From the NCBI RefSeq assembly GCF_963921235.1, contig NC_086097.1:99822001-99886000 (forward strand): a stretch of DNA of 64,000 nt. Reading direction: 5' to 3'. This document shows, one piece after another, positions 52,625 through 64,000 of this stretch (its first letter is position 1; the number at the start of each line of letters is the position of its first letter). The notes under the pieces are model-generated. The model was not told the origin of the DNA and ran no database searches. It worked only from the letters and a program-made list of their open reading frames with translations. The stretch is from Mobula hypostoma. Lineage: Eukaryota. The position numbers and the translations under genes are program-made.

Positions 52625-53888
52625 ATGAGGTCGAAGGATGTAGACAAAAGGCAGGTAATTATAGGCCAGTTAGTTTTAACAACAGTAGTTGAAGCTTTCA
52701 TTTAAGAAGAAATAGCAAGGTATCTGGAAAGAAATGGATCCATCAGGCAGATGCAGCATGGAGGCAGATCTTGTTTGACAATCTTACTGGAGTTCTTTTG
52801 AGGATATAATGAGCGCAGTGGATAGAGGAGAACAGATAGATGTTATTTGCTTGGATTTCCAGAAGGCATTTGATAAGGTGCCGCATAAAAGACTTATCCC
52901 TAAGATAAGGATGCATAGAGTTGGGGGTGATATATCAGCATAGATAGAGGATTGGTTAACCAATAGAAAGTAGAGTTGGGAGACATGGGTGTTACTCTGG
53001 TTGGCAATCAGTGGTGAGCGGTGTGCCACAGGGCTTGGTGCTAGTTCCGCAACTGTTCACAATATACATTAACGATCTGGAAGAGGGGACCAAGTGCAGT
53101 GTATCAAAGTTTGCTGATGATACTAAATTGAATGGAAAAGCAAATTGTGCAGAAGATATGGAGAGTCTCCAGAGAGATATAGATAGGTTAAGTGAGTGGG
53201 CAAGAGTTTGCAGGTGTATCAGGCTATCAAGAAGGCAAATGGGATGCTGGCCTTCATTGTTAGAGGGATTGAATTTAAGAGCAGGGAGGTTATGCTGCAA
53301 CTGTACAGGGTACTGGTGAGACCGTACCTGGAGCACTAAGTGCAGTTCTGGTCTCCTTACTTGAGGAAGGATATACTGGCTTTGGAGGCGGTGCAGAGGA
53401 GGTTCACCAAGTTGATTCCAGAGATGAGGGGATTAGACTCTGAGGAGAGATCAAGTCGCCTGGGATTGTACTCGCTGGAACTCAGAAGAATGAGAGGGGA
53501 TCTTATAGAAACATATAAAATTATGAAAGGGATAGATAAGTTAGAGGCAGGGAAATTGTTTCCACTGGTAGGTGAGACTAGAACTAGGGGACATAGCCTC
53601 AAGATTCAGGGAGTAGATTTAGGACAGAGATGAGGAGGAACTGGTTTTCCCAGAGAGTGGTGAATCTGTGGAATTCTCTGCCCAATGAAGCAGTGGAGGC
53701 TACCTCAATAAATACATTTAAGACAAAGTTGGATAGATGTTTGCATAGTAGGGTAATTAAGGGTTATGCGGAAAAGGCAGGTAGGTGGAGATGAGTCCAT
53801 GGCTAGATCAACCATGATCTTATTGAGTGGTGGAGCAGGCTCGATAGGCCAGGTGGCCTACTCCTGCTCCTATTTCTTATGTTCTTGT
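52625..53888 (+). mobile_element. CR1 LINE 3' part, internally deleted
   Basis: SGVPQG...KFADDTKL, QFWSPYLRKDILALEAVQRRFT; CR1 3' UTR. Confidence 0.9.
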
Positions 53889-55479
53889 GATGTCTTAAAT
53901 GAAACTAGGAGGATTGGATGGAGATATAAAAGATCTTAGCTGGTTTAGAGAGGGTACTTACTGATTGTTATGCCACTGGCGTGTACGGAAGCAATGAAGG
54001 TCCTCCAACTCTGCCTGCCCTTGGGCACTCATAAGTAGAAGGAGTCTTCACTGGTGTTCCTGTAACAGTTTTGTTTTCCCCCTCACAGTTGTTCATCCTG
54101 AGCTGAATGCCCAAAACTGGAGGACCAGTGGACCATGCTTGTCTGGCCCCTACCCTTGGACCCATTTGGTATGGGTGACCCTACCAAGAGCTGAAGCATA
54201 AAGCCCTGACTCCAGCCAATATAGCTCTCCGGGTCATTGAGTCGCACAAGCCTCCAAACTACAGTAGATTGTGGTCCTCCTGGAGGCTAGAAAGGGTAAA
54301 GAAAGGAAACTATTTCCAAAAGTGGCTGTTTCAAGGTCACAGATTTTAAAACTTGTCTGAAAGATACAAAGGGGATGTGAGGACTTTCATTTTCACTTGG
54401 AATAGATATGAATCCAGTGCTTGATGGGTGGTGGAAACAGGATCGGTCTCTTCAATTGGAATTGGCTAAGCTCTTACAAATTGCTGTAGATGTATGGTAG
54501 AGAGCATTCTGGCTGGTGGCATAACAGACTAATATCAAGCCTCCAATGCACAGGAGCAGAAGGGGCCCCACAGAGTTGTATATTCAGCCAGACCCATCAT
54601 GGTACAACCCTCCCCATCCCAAGGACACCTTTAAAAAAGAGGCATTAAGTGTTGTGTATTTAATATTTCAGTAATGTTTGATAATCTTGTATATAGTTTG
54701 ATTGAGGGTTCATGTTTAAATAATTAATTACAGGTTATGTGTAAAAATACACCAATTGCATATGTCATCATGCTACCACGTGATACATACATGTCTCGCT
54801 TAAAGTAAAAGACGCAGTTAAACCTGCATTCTCGGACTCCTGGGTTTTCTCTTGAATTAATTTAATGTTTTAAAGTTACAAAATGTAACATATAGAAAAA
54901 CACTTTACAGAGTTAATGGGGAAAGAGTGGAATAATGGTATTGATTGTATAGTTCCATGAGGATCTGGCTCAGACTTGATTGGCCAAATGTCCTCTTTTT
55001 AGGTCTTTGTACGTCTATGGTTCTGCAATTCTACCGTAAGAACTCGACCTATTGGAGCATTTCTAGACACCTCTAATAAATCTCAAATGAATACAGCACC
55101 TAATATCACACAAGTTAAGGAATATGTAATACTGAGATAATAGTCTCAAACCAATAAATGCTAGAAATAATGCAGCACATTAATCTTGTGAAAAAAAACC
55201 TTCTACCAGTATCACAAACCAAACCTTGAATTATTTAAAACCAAATCTCAACCCATTATAATGCATTGAATTAATCCAACTAAACAAACCCTTTCAATCA
55301 CTGAGACTTGCAGCACTTTAAACTATCCACAGCAAGGGCACTAGCGTGTCAAGTCACTCCACATGAGATAGCCTCCACACAAGGGCAGTTGACCAATAGT
55401 AAGTCAAATGACAGGTTTCCTACAACATATGAGATTGAGTTGAATTAGTTGGGACAGGAAGTTTGCCCAAATCCAATGG

Positions 55480-58290
55480 GACCCTACCACTAAACACATC
55501 TTTACCTCATCCCCCACTCTCTGCTTTCTGCAGGGATCACTCTCTGTGATTCCCTTGTCCATTCATTCCTCCCCATTAATCTCCCTCCTGGAACTTTTCC
55601 CTGCAGGTGGAGGATGTGCTACATCCGCCCATTCACCTCCTCCGCCACCTCCATTCAGGGCCCCAAACAGTCCTTCAAGGTGAGGCAACATTTCAGTTAC
55701 GAATCTGTCAGTGTCATCTACCATATCCAGTCCTCCCAATACAGCATCCTCTGTATCAGTGAGAGACAATGTAGATCAGGGGACCACTTTGTCGAGCACT
55801 TTTGCTCCAACCATGACAAGCAGTATTTCCTGGTGGCCAACCATTTTAATTCCAATCCCTTTTCCCATTCCAACATGTTCATCCATGGCATCCTCTACTG
55901 ACACAATGAGACCACTCTCAGGTTGAAGGAGCAACACCTCATATTCCATCTGGGTAGCCACCAAACTGATAGAAACATAGAAACATAGAAAATAGGTGCA
56001 GGAGTAGGCCATTCAACCCTTCGAGCCTGCACCGCCATTTATTATGATCATGGCTGATCATCCAACTCAGAACCCCGCCCCAGCCTTCCCTCCATACCCC
56101 CTGACCCCTGTAGCCACAAGGGCCATATCTAACTCCCTCTTAAACATAGCCAATGAACTGGCCTCAACAGTTTGCTGTGGCAGAGAATTCCACAGATTCA
56201 CCACTCTCTGTGTGAAGAAGTTTTTCCTAATCTCCGTCCTAAAAGGCTTCCCCTCTATCCTCAAACTGTGACCCCTCGTTCTGGACTTCCCCAACATCGG
56301 GAACAATCTTCCTGCATCTAGCCTGTCCAATCCCTTTAGGATCTTATACGTTTCAATCAGATCCCCCCTCAATCTTCTAAATTCCAACGAGTACAAGCCC
56401 AGTTCATCCAGTCTTTCTTCATATGAAAGTCCTGCCATCCCAGGAATCAATCTAGTGAACCTTCTTTGTACTCCCTCTATGGCAAAGATGTCTTTCCTCA
56501 GATTAGGGGACCAAAACTGCACACAATACTCCAGGTGTGGTCTCACCAAGGCGTTGTACAACTGCAGTAGTACCTCCCTGCTCCTGTACTCGAATCCCCT
56601 CGCTATAAATGCCAGCATACCATTCGCCTTTTTCACCGCCTGCTGTACCTGCATGCCCACTTTCAATGACTGGTGTATAATGTCACCCAGGTCTCGTTGC
56701 ACCTCCCCTTTTCCTAATCGGCCACCATTCAGATAATAATCTGTTTTCCTATTTTTGCCACCAAAGTGGATAACTTCACATTTATCCACATTAAATTGCA
56801 TCTGCCATGAGTTTGCCCACTCACCCAACCTATCCAAGTCACCCTGCATCCTCTTAGCATCCTCCTCACTGCTAACACTGCCGCCAAGCTTCGTGTCATC
56901 CGCAAACTTGGAGATGCTGCATTTAATTCCCTCATCCAAGTCATTAATATATATTGTAAACAACTGGGGTCCCAGCACTGAGCCTTGCGGTACCCCACTA
57001 GTCACCGCCTGCCATTCTGAAAAGGTCCCGTTTATTCCCACTTTTTGCTTCCTGTCTGCTAACCAATTCTCCACCCACACCAATACCTTACCCCCAATAC
57101 TGTGTGCTTTAAGTTTGCACACTAATCTCCTATGTGGGACCTTGTCAAAAGCCTTTTGAAAATCCAAATATACCACATCCACTGGTTCTCCCCTATCCAC
57201 TCTACTAGTTACATCCTCAAAAAATTCTATGAGATTCGTCAGACATGATTTTCCATTCACAAATCCACGCTGACTTTGTCCGATCATTTCTCCGCTTTCC
57301 AAATGTGTTGTTATCACATCTTTGATAACTGACTCCAGCAGTTTCCCCACCACCGACGTTAGGCTAACCGGCCTATAATCCCCCGGTTTCTCTCTCCCTC
57401 CTTTTTTAAAAATTGGGGTTACATTAGCCACCCTCCAATCCTCAGGAACTAGTCCAGAATCTAACGAGTTTTGAAAAATTATCACTAATGCATCCACTAT
57501 TTCTTGGGCTACTTCCTTAAGCACTCTGGGATGCAGACCATCTGGCCCTGGGGATTTATCTGCCTTCAATCCCTTCAATTTACCTAACACCACTTCCCTA
57601 CTAACATGTATTTCACTCAGTTCCTCCATCTCACTGGACCCTCTGTCCCTTACTATTTCTGGAAGATTATTTATGTCCTCCTTAGTGAAGACAGAACCAA
57701 AGTAATTATTCAATTGGTCTGCCATGTCCTTGCTCCCCATAATCAATTCACCTGTTTCTGTCTGCAGGGGACCTACATTTGTCTTTACCAGTCTTTTCCT
57801 TTTTACATATCTATAAAAGCTTTTACAGTCCGTTTTTATGTTCTCTGCCAGTTTTCTCTCATAATCTTTCTTCCCCTTCCTAATTAAGCCCTTTGTCCTC
57901 CTCTGCTGAACTCTGAATTCCTCCCAGTCCTCAGGTGAGCCACTTTCTCTGGCTAATTTGTATGCTACTTCTTTGGAATTGATACTATCCCTAATTTCTC
58001 TTGTCAGCCACGGGTGCACTACCTTCCTTGATTTATTCTTTTGCCAAACTGGGATGAACAATTGTTGTAGTTGATAGTATGAAGGTCAATTTCTCTACCT
58101 TCCAGTAATTTTCCCCTCCTCCTTCCCTGTTTCATTTCCCACTCTGGTTCCCCTCTTGCCTCTTCTCTTCACCTCACTTGCCTATCACCTCCCAGGAGCG
58201 ACCCTCCTCCTTCCCTTTCTCCCTTGTTCCACTGTCCTCTACTATCAGATTCCTTCTTCTTCAGTACAGACCTTTTCCACCTATTCCTTT
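55480..58290 (+). mobile_element. PLE GIY-YIG remnant split by the CR1 insertion (55480-55972 and 58072-58290)
   Basis: IQGPKQSFKVRQHF...GDHFVEH; sequence resumes after the CR1. Confidence 0.8.
55973..58071 (-). mobile_element. Young 5'-truncated CR1 LINE with an uninterrupted 664-aa ORF2 portion (complete RT, no endonuclease)
   Basis: [51 protein letters not shown] (55967-55972, 58072-58077). Confidence 0.97.
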
Positions 58291-58932
58291 TGTGAGGGGA
58301 TCCAGGAGTGCCCCTATTAACTGTTTGAAGAGAGACAGAGAGAGACATTCATCAGTGATGGTTTGTTTGGAAAAGAGAGAGAGACGAAGATTAACGGTTG
58401 GACTGTCATTTTAAGGCATTGGAAGTAACTTTGGATTTTTACCGAGTTTGGAGTTGGAGACAGCACTGAGCAGCTCGTAAGTTGCTACGGTGACCGAAGG
58501 CGGTGTTATTTAATGGAGACTCAATGTTGTGATTTTCAGCAGGTTGTTGATGTTACTTTCAAGGACTGGTTGCCTGCTTGTGCATTTCTTTGCAGACAAA
58601 GGAAGGAGGGACTCTTTGAATGACAGGTGATGCTCAGCCTGGTGAAGTAAATGGGAGGTCAGATGATACAGACCTCAGACACATGATCTGGACACTGAAT
58701 GAGCAGTGTTGTGCCCGCAGAGAAAGTGGATTTTGGAGGATTGATCCAACTTGCTATTCCACCGCTGATGAAGGGGTTGACTGGTGGGGAGTTGTCTATG
58801 TGTCCACCCTTGCCTGGGTGATAGCTCCACCACAGGAAAACCGGTCCCCCTGGTTAAAGTCACAGTCGGTGACCTGTAAAGGATTTCGGAGGACGACGAG
58901 AAGATCGACGGCATCAGCTCACCTGAAGACTC

Positions 58933-58967
<35 letters not shown>

Positions 58968-59250
58968 CATCGCTACTCAACTAAATACCACGAACTGAAC
59001 TGAACTGAACTTTACTCAACATCGTAAGTCTATATCTTTTTACCCCTAGACTTAAAAAAGCTTGGTTTTCATACATATATATTCCACACTTACTTTTATA
59101 TATAATCATTGCTAACCTGTGTGATTTATTTACATTGATATTACTGTATTGCATAGTTACTAATAAATATTGTCAGTTTATAGCAATACTGGACTCCAAA
59201 GTGTTTTCCATCTCTGCTGGTTCTTTATTCCCGTCACGGCGTACGTGACA
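58291..59250 (+). mobile_element. Solo LTR, 960 bp (Gypsy-like by its 4-bp TSD)
   Basis: TG...CA ends, CTTT TSD (58287-58290, 59251-59254), AATAAA ~59162, internal (CT)n ~58936-58965. Confidence 0.8.
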
Positions 59251-59539
59251 CTTTCCTTTCCCCACCCCCACCTTCTTAGACCATGAGACATAAAAGCAGA
59301 ATTAGGGCATTTGGCCCATTGAGTCTGCTCCACCATTCAATCCCTGCTGATTCTTTTTTTTGCCTCCTCAGCTCTGAAATTACTACAAAAAGGGGAGCAG
59401 CTACATAATTGTCAGACTTGAAATTGCTATTGGCCTGCCATACCTCATTTGATTATTTTTCTCTCTGCCAAAAGTATAAATGCTTTCAACAAATCAGAGC
59501 AGACTCACTTATGGTGAAAAAGCAAAGTGCAAAGTTTGT

Positions 59540-60190
59540 TAAGACAATAAGACATAGGAGCAGAATTAGACCGTTTGACCCATCGAGTCTGCTCCGCCAT
59601 TTAATCATGGATGATCCTCCCCTCCTTAGCTCCACTCCCCAGCCTTCTCCCTGTAACCTTTGATGCCGTGTCCAGTCAAGAACCTATTAAGCTCTGCCTT
59701 AAATACATCCAATGATCTGGCCTCCACAGCTGCCTCTGATAGTAAATTCCACAAATTCTCCACCTTCTGGCTAAAGAAATCTGCTTCTCTATTTTAAATG
59801 GATGCCCCTCTATCCCGAGGCTGTGCCCTCTTGTCCTAGACTCCCCCACCATGGAAAACATCCTTTCCACATCAACTCTGTCTAGGCCTTTCTAGATTCA
59901 AAAGGTTTCAATTAAGTCCCTCCTCATCCTTCTAAATTCCAGTGAGTACAGACCCAGAGCTATCAGACATTACTCATATGATAACCCTTTTATTCCTAAA
60001 ATTATCCTTGTGAACCTCCTCTGAAACCTCCCCAATGCCAACACATCTTTTCTTGGATGAGGAGCCCAAAAGTGTTCACAATACTCAAGGTGAGGCCTCA
60101 TCAGTGCCTTATAAAACCTCAGCATCACACCCTTGCTCTTGTTTTCTAGCCCCCTTGAAATGAATGCTAACATTGCAATTGTCTTCTTAT
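59540..60190 (-). mobile_element. CR1 3' fragment
   Basis: LMRPHLEYCEHFWAP, GESRTRGHSL. Confidence 0.85.
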
Positions 60191-60506
60191 TCTGGTGTCT
60201 TGTCCCTTGGTCCAACACGGCAATTGTTTATTCCTTTCCATAGATGCTGCCTGACCTGCTGAGTTCTTCCAGCATTTTGTGTGTGGTACCTTGTGTTTTT
60301 GACCTTTTACAGCTAAAGATATAATCAATTATGCAGTGATTAATTCCTGAGAATTTGAGCCATTGATTGTTAAGTACAGAAACAGGTCTTTTTGGCCCAT
60401 TATGTCATTATTTGTCTGCTATTTCCATTTACCACTGCTTGGTCTGTAGCCTTCTGTGCTTTGGCAGTTCAGTATTCTTCTTAAATGTGAGATCTTTTTA
60501 ACAGAA

Positions 60507-61040
60507 TATAACACCCTGGGAAAGGTTTTACTGCTAACGTGATGGTCTTTCTGTAGAAGCAGTGTTTGGGTTATGGTGAGAGATAACGGGTGCTTTGGAA
60601 TGTGAATGGTCCAATGACGGGAGGGTGTTATCGTGCCGTGTGCCTGACACCAGGGTGGTCTGGATCTTTTGTTCGGCAGGAGATGAAGAGAGAAGATGCC
60701 GGAGCGAGTCCATGACCCAACAAGGGCTGGGGAGACCGAAGGAGGATCAGCGAAGGGGAAACCGTGAACTCCAACTTGTGCACATTAGACTGTGCCCTTT
60801 TCTTTTTTTTGCTTTTTCTTCATTAACGCTGTAAATTATAAAGCTAAATCATTTAATTTTATGTGTCGTACTGTTTGTTATTTTGTGGTACTGATTTGTA
60901 ACAGGAACAAATCACGCAGCATCCACACAAACGGGGGGGGGTGGGTTTCAGGGTGGACTTGCATCGCAATCTCACCCATTTGGCAGGGCCAGAGATTGTC
61001 TTCCCTAGACTTTCACAGCCGACAGAACACGAGGGTTACA
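60507..61040 (+). mobile_element. Probable solo LTR, 534 bp
   Basis: T(A)TAACACCC...GGGTTACA ends; AGAA/TGAA near-TSD. Confidence 0.55.
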
Positions 61041-61194
61041 TGAAGATAATTATATCATAAAGTTAATAAAGCTATTGGAAGAGTAAAGTAACTGGGAGGT
61101 GGGAAGGATTGAAATCAAGGTGAAAATTTTATAATCAAGAGTTTGATTAACCGGGAACCACCCATTGTGGGTCACCAAGAACACACAGAACCGT

Positions 61195-63140
61195 TCAAAG
61201 TTCTAAGTAAATTTACTCTCAAAGTAGAAATATGTCACCATATCCAACACTGAGATTCATTTTCTTGCAGGTACACTCCATAAATCCAATAACCATAATA
61301 GAATCAATGAAAGACTGTACCAACAGGGTGGATAATCAGTGTGCAAAAGACAACAAATTATGCAAATACAAAATAAAAGGAAAAAAAACATAATAAATAA
61401 ATAGAAAGCCAAGCAAACAAACGGAGGGATAGGAAGATAAGCAGGCAAGCAATAAATATTAAGAACATGAGATGAAGAGTCTTTTGGAAGTGAATCTATA
61501 GGTTGTAGGAACATTTCCGTGATGAGGCAAGTGAAGTTATCCCCTCTGGTTCAAGAGCCTGATGGTTGAGGTGTCATAACTGTTCCCGAACCTGGTGGTT
61601 GGTATGAGTCCTGAGGCTCCTGTCCCTTCTTCCTGATGGCAGCAGTGAGACGAGAGCATGGTCTGGGTGGTGAGGTCTCTGATAATGAATGTAGCTTCGC
61701 TGCAAAAATGCTCCATGTAGATGTGCTCAGTGGTAGGGAGGGCTTTAACTGTGATTGACTGGGCTGTATCCAGTACTGTTTGTAGGATTTTCCATTAAAG
61801 GACATTGGTGTTTCCGAACTGGGCTGTGATGCAGCAGTCAATTCCACCCCACATTTATAGATGTTTCTCAACTTTAGATGTCATGCTAGTTCTTCACAAG
61901 CTTCTAAGGAAGTAGAGGCACTGTCATCCTTTCTTCAGAATTACACTTACATGCTGGGCCAGGACAGGCCCTCTGAAATGCTAACACTGAGGAATTTAAA
62001 TTTGCTAGCCCTTTCTACATCTGATGCCTCAATGAGGACTGCCTCATGGACCTCCAGTTTCCTCCTCCTGAAGTCAATAATCCCACAATATCAAGATCGG
62101 AAATACAAACATCAAACAAGTCAACAAATTCAGATATCTTGGCAGCCTAATAACAAGTAATGGCAGGTGTGACACAGATATCAAATACAGAATAGCAATG
62201 GCGAAAGAAGCTTTCCAAAAAATGAGGACCATATTAACAGACAGAAAGATGAGCATGTACACTAAAAACAGAATACTGCAGTGCTACATTTATTCTATCC
62301 TGACTTATGGAAGTGAGTGCTGGATCATTTCTCCAGCAATGGAAAAGAGACTAGAAGCAGCTGAATTATGGTTCTACAGGAGAACATTAAAAATATCATG
62401 GACCACACACACATCAAATGAAGAAGTTCTCAGAAGAGCCCAAACAGTTCGATCACTCATACCAACAATAAGAGAAAGACAACTCAGATTCCTAGGACGC
62501 ATCATGTGGAAAGATGAGCTAGAAAAACTCATACTCTCTGGAAAGATTGAGGGGAGTAAACCTAGAGGAAGACCTCGGCTTATGTACATCAAAAGCATTG
62601 CCAGGTGGCTACACATTGAGGAAATGGAAGTCATCCAAAAAATGAAGGATAGATCTATATGGAAAACCATGGTCACCAGATATGGTACCTAGACAGACAG
62701 ATGGAAGTCAATAATCAGCTCATTGATCTTGCTGACATTGAGTGAGAGGTTGTTGTTGTGGCATCACTCAACCAGCATTCCAATCACCCAAATTGTCCAA
62801 TGGCAGCGGTGTCATCAGCAACTCAAATATGACATTCGAGCTGTGATTAGCTCACAGTCATGTATAAAGTGAGTAGAACAGGGGGCTAAGAACACAGTCT
62901 TGTGGTGCACCTGTGTTGATGGAGATTGTGGAGGAGATGTTGTTGCCAATCTGAAATGACTAGGTCTGTGAGTGAGGAAAATAAGGATCCAATTGCACAA
63001 GGAGGTATCAAGGCTGAGGTCTTGAAGCTTATTGATTAGTTTTGAGAGGATGAAAGTATTGAATGCTGAGCTGTAGTTGATAAACAGCATCCTGATGTAC
63101 AGATCATTGCTGTCCAGATGTTTCAGGGTTGAGTGAAAAG
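61195..63140 (-). mobile_element. Rex1/Babar-like LINE interrupted by an RTE
   Basis: YIRMLFINYSSAFNT...LCNWIL on the minus strand; 3' tail ~61195. Confidence 0.85.
62083..62703 (+). mobile_element. RTE-clade LINE 3' fragment
   Basis: RIAMAKEAF...YSILTYGSECW...GKIEGSKPRGRPR; (AGAC)n tail; 13-bp TSD GAAGTCAATAATC (62070-62082, 62704-62716). Confidence 0.9.
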
Positions 63141-63940
63141 ACAATGGGGAGATGAATAGGTTGCTTGAACCCGCTCTGACTTTTAATAATGAATGACCTG
63201 ATATATGGTCTGAACTCCAGCCCATAATCAATTATTCCCTCTAGTTTTAAAGTACACTGCTTTACTGTCTTATCCCCTTGTCTGTTGTTTCTCTAACATC
63301 AGAATCTAGTGATCTTTGTTTTGAACACAATCAAGGACTGAGCCACCATAGCCCTCCGTAGTACAGAATTCTAAGGATTCACTACCCTAAGAGTCCTGAA
63401 TGTGGACTCCTTATTGACCCCTAGTTCTATAGTCATCATTCAAGGGAAAATATCCTTTGAGTATCTACCCCGTTCTGCCCTTTAGTGATTTTGTGTGTTT
63501 CAAATCACACCAGCTCCCATTCTTCCTGACTAAAGTCTTTAAGTCAGTCAATTCAATCTCCCCTCATATGACAGACCTGCTATGCCAGGAACCAATATCA
63601 CTACACTCTACCTAAAATAAATATAAACTGGTTTTAATTAAGGAAACATAAATTGTACACAATTCTCCAGATCCTGTGGAATTGTATAAGACATTTTTTA
63701 CTCAAATCGTCTTGTCATTAAATCATGGAGGCATACAACATGGAAACTGGGATGTTAGCCCAACGCATCCATGACAATCAAATTACTTACCAGTCCCTGT
63801 TGCTTGCTTTTAGCCCAAATCCCTCTGAATCTTGCCTACCCATGCATCTGTCCAAATGCCTTTTAAATATCACAATTGAACCCACTTGTATCACTTGCTT
63901 TGGCAATTCTTTCCACGTACCCAGCATCCTTTGTGTGGAC

Positions 63941-64000
63941 AACACACACCAAAGTTGCTGGTGAACGCAGCAGGCCAGGCAGCATCTGTAGGAAGAGGTA
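63941..64000 (-). mobile_element. Another copy of the short PLE-derived element, cut by the window edge
   Basis: AACACACACCAAAGTTGCTGGTGAACGCAGCAGGCCAGGCAGCATC. Confidence 0.85.

Noticed and set aside
54650..54890. Short TG...CA LTR-like segment
   Set aside because: No convincing TSD; too weak to list as a feature
56067..58061. Domesticated reverse-transcriptase gene
   Set aside because: 5'-truncated with a TSD and simple-repeat tail and a near-identical second copy; it is a young CR1 insertion
48200..64000. Divergent neighbouring gene upstream of RBM25
   Set aside because: No recognisable host exons; the sequence is explained largely by TEs

Overview
Vertebrate genomic DNA. The repeat content (HE1-type SINE, HER1/CR1, Rex1-like and Penelope families) suggests a cartilaginous fish, probably a ray; this is an inference. 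The window holds the 5' half of RBM25 on the minus strand: a CpG-island promoter with a 38-bp minisatellite (~48.0-48.2 kb), a non-coding exon 1 ending at 47859, and five coding exons (18.6, 16.4, 7.1, 5.2 and 2.3 kb) with clean GT-AG sites and consistent phases. The gene continues off the left edge. Most of the rest is nested transposon debris: CR1, Rex1/Babar, L1, RTE, Penelope-like elements (PLEs), solo LTRs, SINEs and MITEs. Two things stand out. (1) A family of tiny (26-223 bp) non-autonomous PLE-derived insertions is built around a minimal type-I hammerhead ribozyme; each has a 13-14-bp target-site duplication (TSD) and several are fold-back palindromes. (2) A repeat-poor stretch of RBM25 intron 3 carries candidate cassette/poison exons. 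All coordinates were read by eye, and TE boundaries without TSDs are approximate.
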